Virus record (IMG/VR): IMGVR_UViG_2579778554_000010 | Length of the DNA: 49,778 bases | Reading direction: 5' to 3' (one strand) | Source: a virus | Lineage: Duplodnaviria > Heunggongvirae > Uroviricota > Caudoviricetes | Shown: positions 25,392 through 35,552 of the stretch, in pieces | Layout: each line of letters begins with the position of its first letter | Numbering within the stretch: the stretch's first letter is position 1 | Program-made: the position numbers and the translations under genes | Notes under the pieces: model-generated | Seen by the model: the letters and a program-made list of their open reading frames with translations, nothing else | Database searches by the model: none | What the model was told of the DNA's origin: nothing

Positions 25392-26282
25392 ATGAAGAAA
25401 AAATACGAACTGGTTGTTAAAGGGATAAATAATTACCCGGATAAGATTACTGTTACTGTGGCACTGGAAGTTGGTGGGTATCCGTCACTGTTGTTGCCAG
25501 ATGTGGCGATTAGTCTTGACCGTACTGAAGGTGCCACGCTGGAGTTTTACGAAGCTGAGGCGAAAAAGCAGGCGAAGCAGTTTTTCATGGATGTTGCTGC
25601 CGGGTTATGTGAATGGAACGAACCGTTGCCGGAAAAGCGCCCCGTAATTTTAGAGGCGCAGGATGTGTTGATAACCTACAAAGGAAAGCTACCGGGAAGA
25701 ATTACTTGTTCTCTGAAGATGCCGCCGTCAACACTGCGGTCAGAAAAAGATGATGTTGAATCACGTATTGAAAAACTGGAGAGCTACGTCGTTGAGCTGA
25801 ATAAGAAATGGTCGATATTGGTGCCTTCTGGCGATGAAAAGCAGTTTGCTGCGTTTGACGATTATTGTCGGAAAGTGATGAGCAGAAATCTCGCAGAGTG
25901 TTTCAGTATTCATAATGATAATTTCAGTGACCCGGAATGGGAGTGTAACCGGCCATCCTTTGTTGTATCCGGTGATGCTGGGAAAATAACCATCTCAGAA
26001 AATGGGAAAGTAACACCTCCATCGCACCAGCACAGTGAGGAGCTCATTGAATTTGCCATTGATTACCTGAAGAACAATAAAAAGCAGGGGCTGATGAAGC
26101 GCGTTGGCCGTTGCATGGGATATCTTCAGGTAGCCGCTGAGATTGAAGCGCTGGCCAGTGGTGCTGATAAGGATGCAATTGTGCGGGAGGCTCTTCTTCG
26201 TGATTTTAATACTCCACCCTTTAAAAAAGTGCCGGCTTACTGGCTTCATCCGGGGCTGACTTATCTTAAAGTGCGTATTTAG
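25392..26282 (+). CDS. Hypothetical protein, 296 aa, inserted between holin and endolysin
   Basis: Long clean ORF, lower GC than its neighbours, starts 5 nt after the holin stop; no recognisable motif. Confidence 0.6.
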   Translation: MKKKYELVVKGINNYPDKITVTVALEVGGYPSLLLPDVAISLDRTEGATLEFYEAEAKKQAKQFFMDVAAGLCEWNEPLPEKRPVILEAQDVLITYKGKLPGRITCSLKMPPSTLRSEKDDVESRIEKLESYVVELNKKWSILVPSGDEKQFAAFDDYCRKVMSRNLAECFSIHNDNFSDPEWECNRPSFVVSGDAGKITISENGKVTPPSHQHSEELIEFAIDYLKNNKKQGLMKRVGRCMGYLQVAAEIEALASGADKDAIVREALLRDFNTPPFKKVPAYWLHPGLTYLKVRI

Positions 26283-26318
26283 TGGGCCAGGGACAGCGGC
26301 TGAATATTTAATATATCC

Positions 26319-26852
26319 ATGAACACCAAAATCAAATACGGCCTGTCGGCTGCCGTTCTGGCGCTGATTGCCGCTGGTGCGCCTGCGCCTGACATTCTCG
26401 ACCAGTTTCTGGATGAAAAGGAAGGCAACCACACCACGGCATACCGTGATGGTGCAGGTATCTGGACCATCTGCCGTGGTGCCATCATGGTGGATGGCAA
26501 ACCTGTCGTTCCGGGCATGAAGTTGTCGAAGGAAAAATGCGACCAGGTTAACGCCATTGAGCGTGATAAAGCGCTGGCGTGGGTGGAGAAAAACATCAGA
26601 GTGCCGCTGACCGAACCCCAGAAAGCGGGGATCGCGTCATTCTGTCCGTACAACATTGGTCCCGGTAAGTGTTTCCCGTCGACGTTTTACAGACGAATTA
26701 ATGCTGGTGATCGAAAAGGTGCCTGCGAAGCGATTCGCTGGTGGATTAAGGACGGTGGCAGAGACTGCCGTATTCGTTCAAACAACTGTTACGGTCAGGT
26801 ATCCCGTCGTGACCAGGAGAGCGCGCTGGCGTGCTGGGGTATCGACAGATAA
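26319..26852 (+). CDS. R: SAR-endolysin (lysozyme, R21-like)
   Basis: N-terminal signal-anchor-release segment (LSAAVLALIAAGA) and lysozyme-like body similar to phage 21 R. Confidence 0.8.
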   Translation: MNTKIKYGLSAAVLALIAAGAPAPDILDQFLDEKEGNHTTAYRDGAGIWTICRGAIMVDGKPVVPGMKLSKEKCDQVNAIERDKALAWVEKNIRVPLTEPQKAGIASFCPYNIGPGKCFPSTFYRRINAGDRKGACEAIRWWIKDGGRDCRIRSNNCYGQVSRRDQESALACWGIDR

Positions 26853-27008
26853 GCAGAATATTTTGCTGAAAAATGAGGAATGGCCACGCGGGCGGATAAC
26901 ACGAAATCCTGCGAACTGGCGAAACGTAAGTGAATAAAAGTAAAAACCCCGTTTGTTGGCACCAAGCGAGGTTTTGTGTTTCTGACCTTGAGTAAGGCAA
27001 GGGAGAAC

Positions 27009-27191
27009 ATGGCGAAGTGTAAACGAATTCTGTTGAGGTTGACTATGAAAAATGGCCTTGAACTGAAAGCGCCTGTAACTGATGACATCAGCAGAGCACT
27101 GGCTTTTGCCATTAAGTGGGTGGCGGTCGGTGTTGCTGTGTCCCCGATGCTGTATGGGCTGGCAAAACTGGTCATTGCGTTGAAATCGTGA
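27009..27191 (+). CDS. Small membrane protein, 60 aa
   Basis: ATG with AAGGCAAGGGAG RBS; C-terminal hydrophobic helix. Confidence 0.35.
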   Translation: MAKCKRILLRLTMKNGLELKAPVTDDISRALAFAIKWVAVGVAVSPMLYGLAKLVIALKS

Positions 27192-27333
27192 AGGGAGGAT
27201 TAAGCATGTCAGACAAACTCATAACGCTGGCGAAGATCCTCTGTGTAATTGTCGGCATTTCATTTTCACTAATGCTGGTTGCTCTTTTTCTTTCCATGGC
27301 CTGGATGATGTTGTCTTCGTCGGGGTTGCTGGG

Positions 27334-27807
27334 GTGAACATAAACCGAATGCTTTCCGCGTTTATCGTTATTCTGCTGGTGGCCTGTGGTGCGCTGTGGA
27401 TGGCAACAGACCATTACCGTGATAACGCGATTACCTACAAAGCGCAGCGCGATAACAAAGCCAGTGAACTGAAGCTGGCGAACGCAACCATTACTGATAT
27501 GCAGGTGCGCCAGCGCGATGTTGCTGCGCTCGATGCAAAATACTCGAGGGAATTAGCCGATGCGAGAGCTGAAAATGAAACTCTTCGCGCTGACGTTGCC
27601 GCTGGTCGTAAGCGCCTGCGGATCAACGCCACCTGTCCAGGCTCCGTGCGTGAAGCCCCCACCACCTCCGGCGTGGATAATGCAACCGGCCCCCAACTGG
27701 CAGACACCGTTACACGGGATTATTTCACCCTCAGAGAGCGGCTGATGACGATGCACAAGCAACTGGAAGGGGCACAGGACTATATCCGCACTCAGTGCCT
27801 GAAATAA
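27334..27807 (+). CDS. Rz: Spanin inner-membrane subunit Rz
   Basis: Strong similarity to lambda Rz ([15 protein letters not shown]...[18 protein letters not shown]). Confidence 0.9.
   Translation: MNINRMLSAFIVILLVACGALWMATDHYRDNAITYKAQRDNKASELKLANATITDMQVRQRDVAALDAKYSRELADARAENETLRADVAAGRKRLRINATCPGSVREAPTTSGVDNATGPQLADTVTRDYFTLRERLMTMHKQLEGAQDYIRTQCLK
27575..27745 (+). CDS. Rz1: Spanin outer-membrane lipoprotein Rz1 (embedded in Rz, +1 frame)
   Basis: [15 protein letters not shown] lipobox followed by a proline-rich segment, nested in Rz as in lambda. Confidence 0.8.
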   Translation: MKLFALTLPLVVSACGSTPPVQAPCVKPPPPPAWIMQPAPNWQTPLHGIISPSESG

Positions 27808-28117
27808 GTTTTGTTGATGCGCCGTATCGTCGCTATATTCCCTCATTAACAGAGACCGCAGCCCGACAGGGAGACTCCTCTGCGCGAGTGTGCGGGGATA
27901 ATTAAAAACGATGCACACCGGGTTTTTACCGCGTTAATGATTCGCGGGTTTATCCCGGTGCGATGGTGGAAGAAACAGGAAGCTGTATTACAGAAAGTGC
28001 TACTACTGTATCCCGATGCGATGTATGTAATGTGAGTCAGATAATGGCACAGGATGTGGTGATGTGGCAGTCTGGAACACAGGATATATTGTCAGAATAA
28101 GACCCGTAGGAATAAAA

Positions 28118-28444
28118 ATGAAAAGACGCCTTTTACTACTTTTTCTGTTATCTGTCCTGGCAGTGGGATGCTCGCAGCAAAAAGCTGATGAGCCCCGGCA
28201 ATTAGTGACGGTGTATCCACGATATCCGGAATATGCTGCAGCAAATTATATCAAGGGGCTGGTTGAGGTTAAGTTCGATATTGGTGCTGATGGGACTGTG
28301 ACACGGATCGTTTTTCTCCGCTCAGAGCCTCATAATTTGTTTCGTGATGAAGTGGTGAAGGCCATGGCGAAATGGCGATTTGAAAAGAATCGCCCCTGTC
28401 AGGGAGTGAAGAGACAATTTATCTTTACGCCGTCACGTCCTTGA
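28118..28444 (+). CDS. Lipoprotein with TonB C-terminal-domain-like fold, 108 aa
   Basis: Signal peptide plus lipobox (LSVLAVGCSQQ), then YPRYPEYAAANYIKGLVEVKFDIGADGTVTRIVFLRSEPHNLFRDEVVKAMAKWRF, which fits the TonB_C pattern. Confidence 0.55.
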   Translation: MKRRLLLLFLLSVLAVGCSQQKADEPRQLVTVYPRYPEYAAANYIKGLVEVKFDIGADGTVTRIVFLRSEPHNLFRDEVVKAMAKWRFEKNRPCQGVKRQFIFTPSRP

Positions 28445-28807
28445 TGCTTCCAGGTAGAGAGGGGCTGGACGCAGGAGAAAAATGAAAGAGCCAGCGGTTA
28501 TATTTTTGTCATGGCTGACGAGGAATGATGGAAGAAGGCGTTGTATGCCACACAACGCCTCACTGTTCATTTCTTCTTTTTCTCTGGTGGAACCCGATGA
28601 ATAAGAGTTGCACTGGTTTCCGATGAGATGGCGATATACTCGGGCAAAGTATGCTGGCAGTTTTCCAACTGGTCAAAAATACCTGCTCTCGTCTGTTGCA
28701 ATGCCTGCAGCATGCGGCGGCAATGCGCCTTGCTTTTACTAACCATCTTTCCTTCCTCTATCAGTCGCTGCGTGAACTCATCATGTAATACCAGGTAAAT
28801 GCGGATG

Positions 28808-29059
28808 TTATCGGTTTTGGCTACGCAGCATAGTACAAAACGGACAGGTGCATCCCGGGACGGGGGAGGCGTCACATGTCCCTGTGATGGTTGTTCCGGG
28901 TAATGCACTGTGTGGGGCATAAAAATGTCCGATAATTTTACTTTCTACCGCAGTTAGTTGATTCGTTGGTCCTGGTAGCACATTGGGCGAGGATTTAAAT
29001 GCCAGGCAACTGAAGGATGATGTTGCAAGGGAGATAGCGAGAATATTTCTGATTTTCAT
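28808..29059 (-). CDS. Possible small secreted Cys-rich protein, 83 aa, in the lambda bor position
   Basis: ATG with AGAGG RBS; N-terminal signal-like segment MKIRNILAISLATSSFSCLAF; a second ORF overlaps it in another frame, so the call is uncertain. Confidence 0.3.
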   Translation of the reverse strand: MKIRNILAISLATSSFSCLAFKSSPNVLPGPTNQLTAVESKIIGHFYAPHSALPGTTITGTCDASPVPGCTCPFCTMLRSQNR

Positions 29060-29207
29060 TTGATGATGCCTCTGTGTGAAATGACGGTAAACGACGCACT
29101 TGTGCCGGCACATAATAGCAAGCACCATAATAGATCAGATTCGATTCTTGCTGTAAGTGATAATTATTCTCGTTTTCGGGTCCTTTCCGTCGATCCAACA
29201 GGTTACG

Positions 29208-29219
29208 GGGCGGCGACCT
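29208..29219 (+). other. cosN cohesive-end site (lambda-type 12-nt overhang GGGCGGCGACCT)
   Basis: GGGCGGCGACCTCGCGGGTTTTCGCTATTTATGAAAATTTT matches the lambda left-end sequence; lies about 170 bp upstream of Nu1. Confidence 0.85.
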
Positions 29220-29388
29220 CGCGGGTTTTCGCTATTTATGAAAATTTTTAGGGAAAAATCAGATCCGTTTTTCTTCTTTTTAACTGATTGATTATCAATA
29301 GAATTTTAAAAATATAAAAGGATCTAACAAAGGCTGTTTTTGTTAGAAAACGCCATTTTCAGATCCTTTCTGGTTCCCGGGGGAGTGT

Positions 29389-29937
29389 ATGAACGTCAAT
29401 AAGAAAAAACTGGCCGATATTTTTGGCGTTGATGTCAGGACCATCACCGCCTGGCAGAGTCAGGGGTTACCACTAGTTTCTGGTGGAGGGAAAGGGACTG
29501 AATCAGTTTTTGATACAACTGCTGCCATTCAGTGGTATGCGCAGAGGGAAGCTGATATTAAAAACGAAAAACTCCGTAAAGAGATCGAGGATTTGAGGGC
29601 TGCCAGCGAATCAGACCTTCAGCCCGGCACCATTGATTACGAACGTTACCGACTGACGAAGGCACAGGCCGATGCACAGGAGCTGAAAAATGCTCGTGAG
29701 GAAGGCCTTGTCCTCGAGACGGAGTTATTTACCTACATCTTTCAGCGAGTGGCACAGAATATATCAGGGATCCTTGTCCGTGTCCCTCAGACACTGCAGC
29801 GTAAATACCCTGATATATCACCCGTACATCTTGATGCTGTGAAAACTGAAATCGCGAAAGCATCCGATGTGGCTTCTGAAGCCGGTGAGAATGTGCGCAG
29901 GTGGATTGATGATTTCAGACGAACTGAGGGCGGCTAA
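29389..29937 (+). CDS. nu1: Terminase small subunit
   Basis: [28 protein letters not shown]... strongly resembles lambda Nu1. Confidence 0.95.
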   Translation: MNVNKKKLADIFGVDVRTITAWQSQGLPLVSGGGKGTESVFDTTAAIQWYAQREADIKNEKLRKEIEDLRAASESDLQPGTIDYERYRLTKAQADAQELKNAREEGLVLETELFTYIFQRVAQNISGILVRVPQTLQRKYPDISPVHLDAVKTEIAKASDVASEAGENVRRWIDDFRRTEGG

Positions 29938-31837
29938 TTCTGCAGGAGCGATAGCAACCGGCCTCCTTGCGCTAAAAATTCCTGTCCCTCTGACGACAGT
30001 TCAGTGGGCAGATCGACATTATTACCTTCCGAAAGAGTCATCTTACACCCCGGGGCGGTGGGAAACACTGCCGTTTCAGGTTGCCATCATGAACAGCATG
30101 GGGAATGACCGGATCCGCACTGTTAATCTGATTAAATCTGCCCGTGTTGGTTATACAAAGATGTTGCTGGGAGTGGAGGCTTATTTTATTGAGCATAAAT
30201 CACGCAACAGCCTTCTTTTCCAGCCCACGGATTCTGCTGCTGAAGATTTTATGAAATCTCATGTGGAACCCACGATCAGGGATGTGCCGGTTTTACTCGA
30301 TCTTGCACCGTGGTTTGGGCGTAAACATCGTGATAATACCCTCACGCTGAAACGTTTTTCATCGGGCGTGGGCTTCTGGTGCCTGGGCGGGGCTGCCGCT
30401 AAAAACTACCGTGAAAAATCCGTGGACGTGGTCTGCTATGACGAACTTTCCTCGTTCGAACCGGATGTCGAAAAAGAGGGTTCGCCAACCCTGCTTGGGG
30501 ATAAACGTATTGAGGGCTCGGTATGGCCAAAATCCATTCGCGGCTCGACGCCTAAAATAAAAGGCTCCTGCCAGATCGAAAAAGCGGCCAACGAGTCGGC
30601 GCATTTCATGCGTTTTTATGTGCCCTGCCCACACTGTGGGGAGGAGCAGTATCTGAAATTTGGCGATGAATCCACGCCTTTTGGCCTTAAATGGGAGAAA
30701 GACAGCCCCGAAAGCGTTTTCTACCTCTGTGAACATCATGGCTGCGTGATCCATCAGTCTGAGCTTGACCAGAGCAACGGGCGGTGGATCTGTGAAAACA
30801 CGGGGATGTGGACCCGTGACGGTCTGACGTTTTTCAGCGCCGCGGATAATGAAATTCCGCCGCCGCGCTCCATCACGTTCCATATCTGGACGGCGTACAG
30901 TCCGTTCACCACCTGGGTACAGATAGTCTATGACTGGCTGGATGCACTGAAAGATCCCAACGGCCTGAAAACCTTTGTGAACACCACGCTGGGCGAGACC
31001 TGGGAAGAGGCCGTGGGCGAAAAACTCGATCACCAGGTACTGATGGATAAGGTCGTGCATTACACGGCGGCGGTGCCAGCCCGGGTGGTTTATCTGACGG
31101 CGGGCATTGACTCGCAGCGAAACCGTTTTGAGATGTATGTCTGGGGATGGGCACCGGGAGAGGAAGCTTTTCTGGTGGATAAAATCATCATTATGGGCCG
31201 TCCCGATGAGGAAGAGACGCTGTTACGTGTGGATGCGGCGATCAACAAAAAATACTGCCATGCAGACGGAACCGAAATGACCATTTCCCGTGTCTGCTGG
31301 GACACCGGGGGGATCGATGGTGAAATTGTCTATCAGAGGTCAAAAAAACACGGTGTTTTCCGGGTGCTGCCGGTAAAAGGTGCATCTGTTTATGGCAAGC
31401 CGGTGATCACCATGCCAAAAACCCGCAATCAGCGGGGCGTGTATCTGTGCGAAGTGGGGACGGACACCGCAAAAGAAATTCTCTATGCCCGTATGAAAGC
31501 CGATCCCACGCCTGCGGATGAAGCCACGTCGTATGCCATCCGTTTTCCTGATGATCCGGAGATTTTTTCGCAGACAGAGGCGCAGCAACTGGTGGCGGAA
31601 GAGCTTGTGGAGAAGTGGGAAAAAGGAAAGATGCGTCTGCTGTGGGATAACAAAAAGCGGCGTAACGAAGCGCTGGACTGCCTGGTGTATGCCTATGCGG
31701 CATTACGTGTGTCCGTGCAACGCTGGCAGCTTGATCTGGCTGTACTGGCAAAATCCCGGGAAGAAGAGACGACCCGGCCAACCCTTAAAGAACTGGCAGC
31801 GAAGCTGTCCGGAGGAGTGAATGGTTACAGTCGCTGA
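29909..31837 (+). CDS. A: Terminase large subunit
   Basis: Lambda gpA-like throughout ([25 protein letters not shown]); start chosen at the ATG overlapping the Nu1 end. Confidence 0.95.
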   Translation: MISDELRAANSAGAIATGLLALKIPVPLTTVQWADRHYYLPKESSYTPGRWETLPFQVAIMNSMGNDRIRTVNLIKSARVGYTKMLLGVEAYFIEHKSRNSLLFQPTDSAAEDFMKSHVEPTIRDVPVLLDLAPWFGRKHRDNTLTLKRFSSGVGFWCLGGAAAKNYREKSVDVVCYDELSSFEPDVEKEGSPTLLGDKRIEGSVWPKSIRGSTPKIKGSCQIEKAANESAHFMRFYVPCPHCGEEQYLKFGDESTPFGLKWEKDSPESVFYLCEHHGCVIHQSELDQSNGRWICENTGMWTRDGLTFFSAADNEIPPPRSITFHIWTAYSPFTTWVQIVYDWLDALKDPNGLKTFVNTTLGETWEEAVGEKLDHQVLMDKVVHYTAAVPARVVYLTAGIDSQRNRFEMYVWGWAPGEEAFLVDKIIIMGRPDEEETLLRVDAAINKKYCHADGTEMTISRVCWDTGGIDGEIVYQRSKKHGVFRVLPVKGASVYGKPVITMPKTRNQRGVYLCEVGTDTAKEILYARMKADPTPADEATSYAIRFPDDPEIFSQTEAQQLVAEELVEKWEKGKMRLLWDNKKRRNEALDCLVYAYAALRVSVQRWQLDLAVLAKSREEETTRPTLKELAAKLSGGVNGYSR

Positions 31838-32027
31838 ACTACAGGCGCTGCGTCAGGCGCGCCTTGATTTATTAACCGGTAAACGGGTGGTGTCTGTCCA
31901 GAAAGATGGTCGCAGAATTGAATATACGGCGGCCTCTCTGGATGAGCTTAACCGTGCGATCAATGATGCTGAGTTGGTACTGGGGACAACCCGCCGTCGC
32001 CGTCGTCCGCTGGGAGTGAGGTTATGA
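31821..32027 (+). CDS. W: Head-tail joining protein W
   Basis: 68 aa, LTGKRVVSVQKDGRRIEYTAASLDEL resembles lambda gpW. Confidence 0.9.
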   Translation: MVTVAELQALRQARLDLLTGKRVVSVQKDGRRIEYTAASLDELNRAINDAELVLGTTRRRRRPLGVRL

Positions 32028-33616
32028 AACGAACGCCTGTCCTGATTGATGTGAACGGCGTTCCGCTTCGGGAGAGCCTCAGCTACAACGGGGGCGGCGC
32101 AGGATTTGGCGGGCAAATGGCGGAGTGGTTGCCACCGGCGCAGAGTGCCGATGCGGCCCTGCTGCCCGCGTTGCGTCTGGGGAATGCCCGGGCAGATGAT
32201 CTGGTGCGCAATAACGGGATAGCGGCCAATGCGGTGGCCCTGCATAAGGATCACATTGTCGGGCATATGTTTCTTATCAGCTACCGCCCGAACTGGCGCT
32301 GGCTGGGGATGCGGGAGACCGCGACAAAAAGTTTTGTCGATGAGGTGGAGGCGGCCTGGTCAGAATACGCAGAAGGGATGTTTGGTGAGATCGACGTGGA
32401 AGGGAAACGCACGTTTACGGAATTTATCCGTGAAGGTGTGGGCGTTCATGCGTTTAACGGCGAAATCTTTGTGCAGCCGGTCTGGGATACGGAGAGCACG
32501 CAACTGTTTCGTACGCGTTTTAAAGCCGTGAGTCCGAAACGGGTGGACACGCCAGGACACGGTATCGGGAACCGTTTTCTGCGGGCCGGTGTGGAGGTTG
32601 ATCGATATGGCCGTGCCGTTGCGTACCATATCTGTGAGGATGATTTTCCTCGCTCCGGGAGTGGACGATGGGAACGGATCCCGCGTGAACTTCCCACCGG
32701 GCGTCCGGCCATGCTGCATATTTTCGAGCCGGTGGAGGACGGGCAGACCCGTGGGGCCAACCAGTTTTACAGCGTCATGGAACGGCTGAAGATGCTCGAT
32801 TCCCTGCAGGCAACACAGCTTCAGTCGGCCATTGTCAAGGCGATGTATGCAGCGACAATTGAAAGTGAACTGGATACCGAAAAGGCCTTTGAATATATCG
32901 CCGGTGCGCCGCAGGGGCAGAAGGATAATCCGCTTATTAATATTCTGGAGAAGTTCTCCAGCTGGTATGACACGAATAACGTGACGCTGGGCGGTGTCAA
33001 AATTCCGCACCTTTTCCCTGGTGATGATCTGAAACTACAGACAGCGCAGGATTCAGACAATGGATTTTCTGCGCTTGAACAGGCGCTGCTGCGGTATATC
33101 GCCGCCGGTCTTGGCGTTTCCTACGAACAGTTGTCCCGTGATTACTCGAAGGTCAGTTACTCAAGTGCCCGCGCCTCCGCCAATGAGTCGTGGCGCTATT
33201 TTATGGGGCGGCGAAAATTTATTGCGTCCCGGCTGGCCACGCAGATGTTTTCCTGCTGGCTGGAAGAGGCACTTCTGCGGGGGATTATCCGTCCGCCACG
33301 GGCACGTTTTGATTTTTATCAGGCGCGTTCAGCCTGGTCACGGGCTGAGTGGATTGGTGCCGGAAGAATGGCCATTGACGGGCTCAAGGAGGTTCAGGAA
33401 TCGGTGATGCGTATTGATTCCGGACTGAGCACGTATGAGAAAGAGCTGGCGCTGATGGGCGAGGATTATCAGGACATTTTCCGCCAGCAGGTCAGGGAAT
33501 CTGCAGAGCGGGAAAAAGCCGGACTCTCACGTCCGGTGTGGATAGCGCAGGCGTATCAGCAGCAGATAGCGGAGAGTCGCAGGCCGGAAGAGGAGACAAC
33601 ACCACGTGAGACGTAA
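32024..33616 (+). CDS. B: Portal protein
   Basis: 530 aa, lambda gpB-like, positioned between W and C. Confidence 0.9.
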   Translation: MKRTPVLIDVNGVPLRESLSYNGGGAGFGGQMAEWLPPAQSADAALLPALRLGNARADDLVRNNGIAANAVALHKDHIVGHMFLISYRPNWRWLGMRETATKSFVDEVEAAWSEYAEGMFGEIDVEGKRTFTEFIREGVGVHAFNGEIFVQPVWDTESTQLFRTRFKAVSPKRVDTPGHGIGNRFLRAGVEVDRYGRAVAYHICEDDFPRSGSGRWERIPRELPTGRPAMLHIFEPVEDGQTRGANQFYSVMERLKMLDSLQATQLQSAIVKAMYAATIESELDTEKAFEYIAGAPQGQKDNPLINILEKFSSWYDTNNVTLGGVKIPHLFPGDDLKLQTAQDSDNGFSALEQALLRYIAAGLGVSYEQLSRDYSKVSYSSARASANESWRYFMGRRKFIASRLATQMFSCWLEEALLRGIIRPPRARFDFYQARSAWSRAEWIGAGRMAIDGLKEVQESVMRIDSGLSTYEKELALMGEDYQDIFRQQVRESAEREKAGLSRPVWIAQAYQQQIAESRRPEEETTPRET

Positions 33617-35111
33617 TCTTTCACACATTATTGCAGCAGCATTCAATGAACCGCTGCTTCTGGAGCCCGCCTATGCGCGGGTTTTCTTTTGCGCGCTCGG
33701 GCGCGAGATGGGGGCAGCAAGTCTTTCGGTACCGCAACAGCAGGTACAGCTTGATGCTCCCGGGATGCTGGCTGAAACGGACGAGTACATGGCCGGAGGT
33801 AAACGACCGGCCCGTGTTTACCGGGTGGTGAACGGTATTGCGGTACTGCCGGTGACCGGCACGCTGGTGCACCGGCTGGGGGGGATGCGGCCATTTTCCG
33901 GAATGACTGGCTATGACGGCATTGTCGCCTGTCTTCAGCAGGCAATGGCAGATAGCCAGGTGCGGGGCATACTGCTGGACATTGACAGTCCGGGCGGGCA
34001 GGCCGCCGGCGCGTTTGACTGCGTTGACATGATTTACCGCCTCCGGCAGCAGAAGCCGGTCTGGGCACTGTGCAATGACACGGCCTGTTCTGCAGCCATG
34101 CTGCTGGCGTCGGCCTGCTCCCGACGGCTGGTTACCCAGACATCCCGTATCGGCTCCATTGGCGTGATGATGAGCCATGTCAGCTATGCCGGTCATCTGG
34201 CGCAGGCCGGTGTGGATATCACGCTGATTTATGCCGGGGCGCACAAGGTGGATGGCAATCAGTTTGAAGCGTTGCCGGCAGAGGTTCGCCAGGACATGCA
34301 GCAGCGGATTGATGCGGCGCGCCGGATGTTTGCCGAAAAAGTGGCGATGTATACCGGTCTGTCTGTTGATGCCGTCACGGGAACAGAGGCTGCCGTTTTT
34401 GAAGGTCAGTCCGGCATTGAGGCCGGGCTGGCGGATGAATTAATCAATGCGTCGGATGCCATCAGTGTGATGGCCACGGCGCTGAACAGTAATGTCAGAG
34501 GAGGCACTATGCCGCAATTAACTGCAACGGAAGCCGCCGTGCAGGAGAACCAGCGAGTGATGGGGATCCTGACATGCCAGGAAGCGAAAGGACGTGAACA
34601 GCTTGCCACGATGCTGGCAGGGCAACAGGGCATGAGCGTTGAACAGGCCCGGGCGATTCTGGCCGCGGCGGCACCGCAGCAGCCGGTGGCATCCGCACAG
34701 AGTGAAGCCGATCGCATTATGGCGTGTGAAGAAGCGAACGGTCGTGAACAACTGGCAGCAACGCTGGCGGCGATGCCGGAGAGGACGGTGGAAAAAGCCC
34801 GCCCGATCCTGGCTGCTTCACCGCAGGCGAATGCCGGGCCCTCACTTCGTGATCAGATCATGGCACTGGATGAGGCAAAAGGGGCTGAGGCGCAGGCTGA
34901 ACAGCTGGCTGCCTGCCCGGGAATGACTGTGGAGAGCGCCCGGGCTGTGCTGGCTGCGGGATCAGGTAAGGCAGAACCGGTCTCTGCATCCACAACCGCC
35001 CTGTTTGAACATTTCATGGCGAACCATTCACCGGCTGCGGTCCAGGGGGGCGTGTCACAGGCGTCAGAAGACGGTGATGCGGACGTGAAAATGCTCATGG
35101 CCATGCCATGA
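33606..35111 (+). CDS. C: Head maturation protease / scaffold (lambda C with Nu3-like region; S49 peptidase family)
   Basis: Lambda gpC-like N-terminal protease domain; C-terminal region has three tandem ~43-aa repeats. Confidence 0.85.
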   Translation: MRRNLSHIIAAAFNEPLLLEPAYARVFFCALGREMGAASLSVPQQQVQLDAPGMLAETDEYMAGGKRPARVYRVVNGIAVLPVTGTLVHRLGGMRPFSGMTGYDGIVACLQQAMADSQVRGILLDIDSPGGQAAGAFDCVDMIYRLRQQKPVWALCNDTACSAAMLLASACSRRLVTQTSRIGSIGVMMSHVSYAGHLAQAGVDITLIYAGAHKVDGNQFEALPAEVRQDMQQRIDAARRMFAEKVAMYTGLSVDAVTGTEAAVFEGQSGIEAGLADELINASDAISVMATALNSNVRGGTMPQLTATEAAVQENQRVMGILTCQEAKGREQLATMLAGQQGMSVEQARAILAAAAPQQPVASAQSEADRIMACEEANGREQLAATLAAMPERTVEKARPILAASPQANAGPSLRDQIMALDEAKGAEAQAEQLAACPGMTVESARAVLAAGSGKAEPVSASTTALFEHFMANHSPAAVQGGVSQASEDGDADVKMLMAMP

Positions 35112-35147
35112 AGTCAGTGCTGAACATCAATACGAGGTTTTAACAAT

Positions 35148-35495
35148 ATGGTGACGAAAACCATCACTGAACAGCGTGCGGAAGTACGTATTTTTGCCGG
35201 TAATGATCCGGCTCACACCGCCACAGGCAGCAGCGGGATTTCCTCGGCAACACCGGCACTGACACCCCTGATGCTGGATGGGGCCACCGGGAAACTGGTG
35301 GTCTGGGACGGACAGAAAGCCGGTAGTGCGGTTGGCATACTGGTACTGCCGCTTGAAGGCACAGAGGCGGTGCTGACGTATTACAAGTCGGGGACCTTTG
35401 CGACGGAGGCAATCCGCTGGCCTGAAAGTGTGGATGAACACAAAAAGGCCAACGCCTTTACCGGCAGTGCCCTGAGTCACGCGGCGCTGCCGTAA
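35148..35495 (+). CDS. D: Head decoration protein D
   Basis: NDPAHTATGSSG...TPLMLD...KLVVWDG...YKSGTF resembles lambda gpD. Confidence 0.9.
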   Translation: MVTKTITEQRAEVRIFAGNDPAHTATGSSGISSATPALTPLMLDGATGKLVVWDGQKAGSAVGILVLPLEGTEAVLTYYKSGTFATEAIRWPESVDEHKKANAFTGSALSHAALP

Positions 35496-35552
35496 CACGT
35501 TATCAGGCCACCGCGTTGGCCTGACTGATTTCTTAATGAAAGGAACTGATTT

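Noticed and set aside
29060-29251. 63-aa plus-strand ORF spanning cosN
   Set aside because: Covers the cohesive-end site and cosB region, which must be non-coding DNA-binding sequence.
30359-31060. 233-aa minus-strand ORF inside the terminase large subunit gene
   Set aside because: Antisense to an unambiguous gpA homologue; open frame explained by GC-rich codon usage.
33621-34244. 207-aa and 141-aa minus-strand ORFs inside the head protease gene
   Set aside because: Antisense to the gpC homologue; Arg/Pro/Ala-rich translations typical of non-coding frames in GC-rich DNA.
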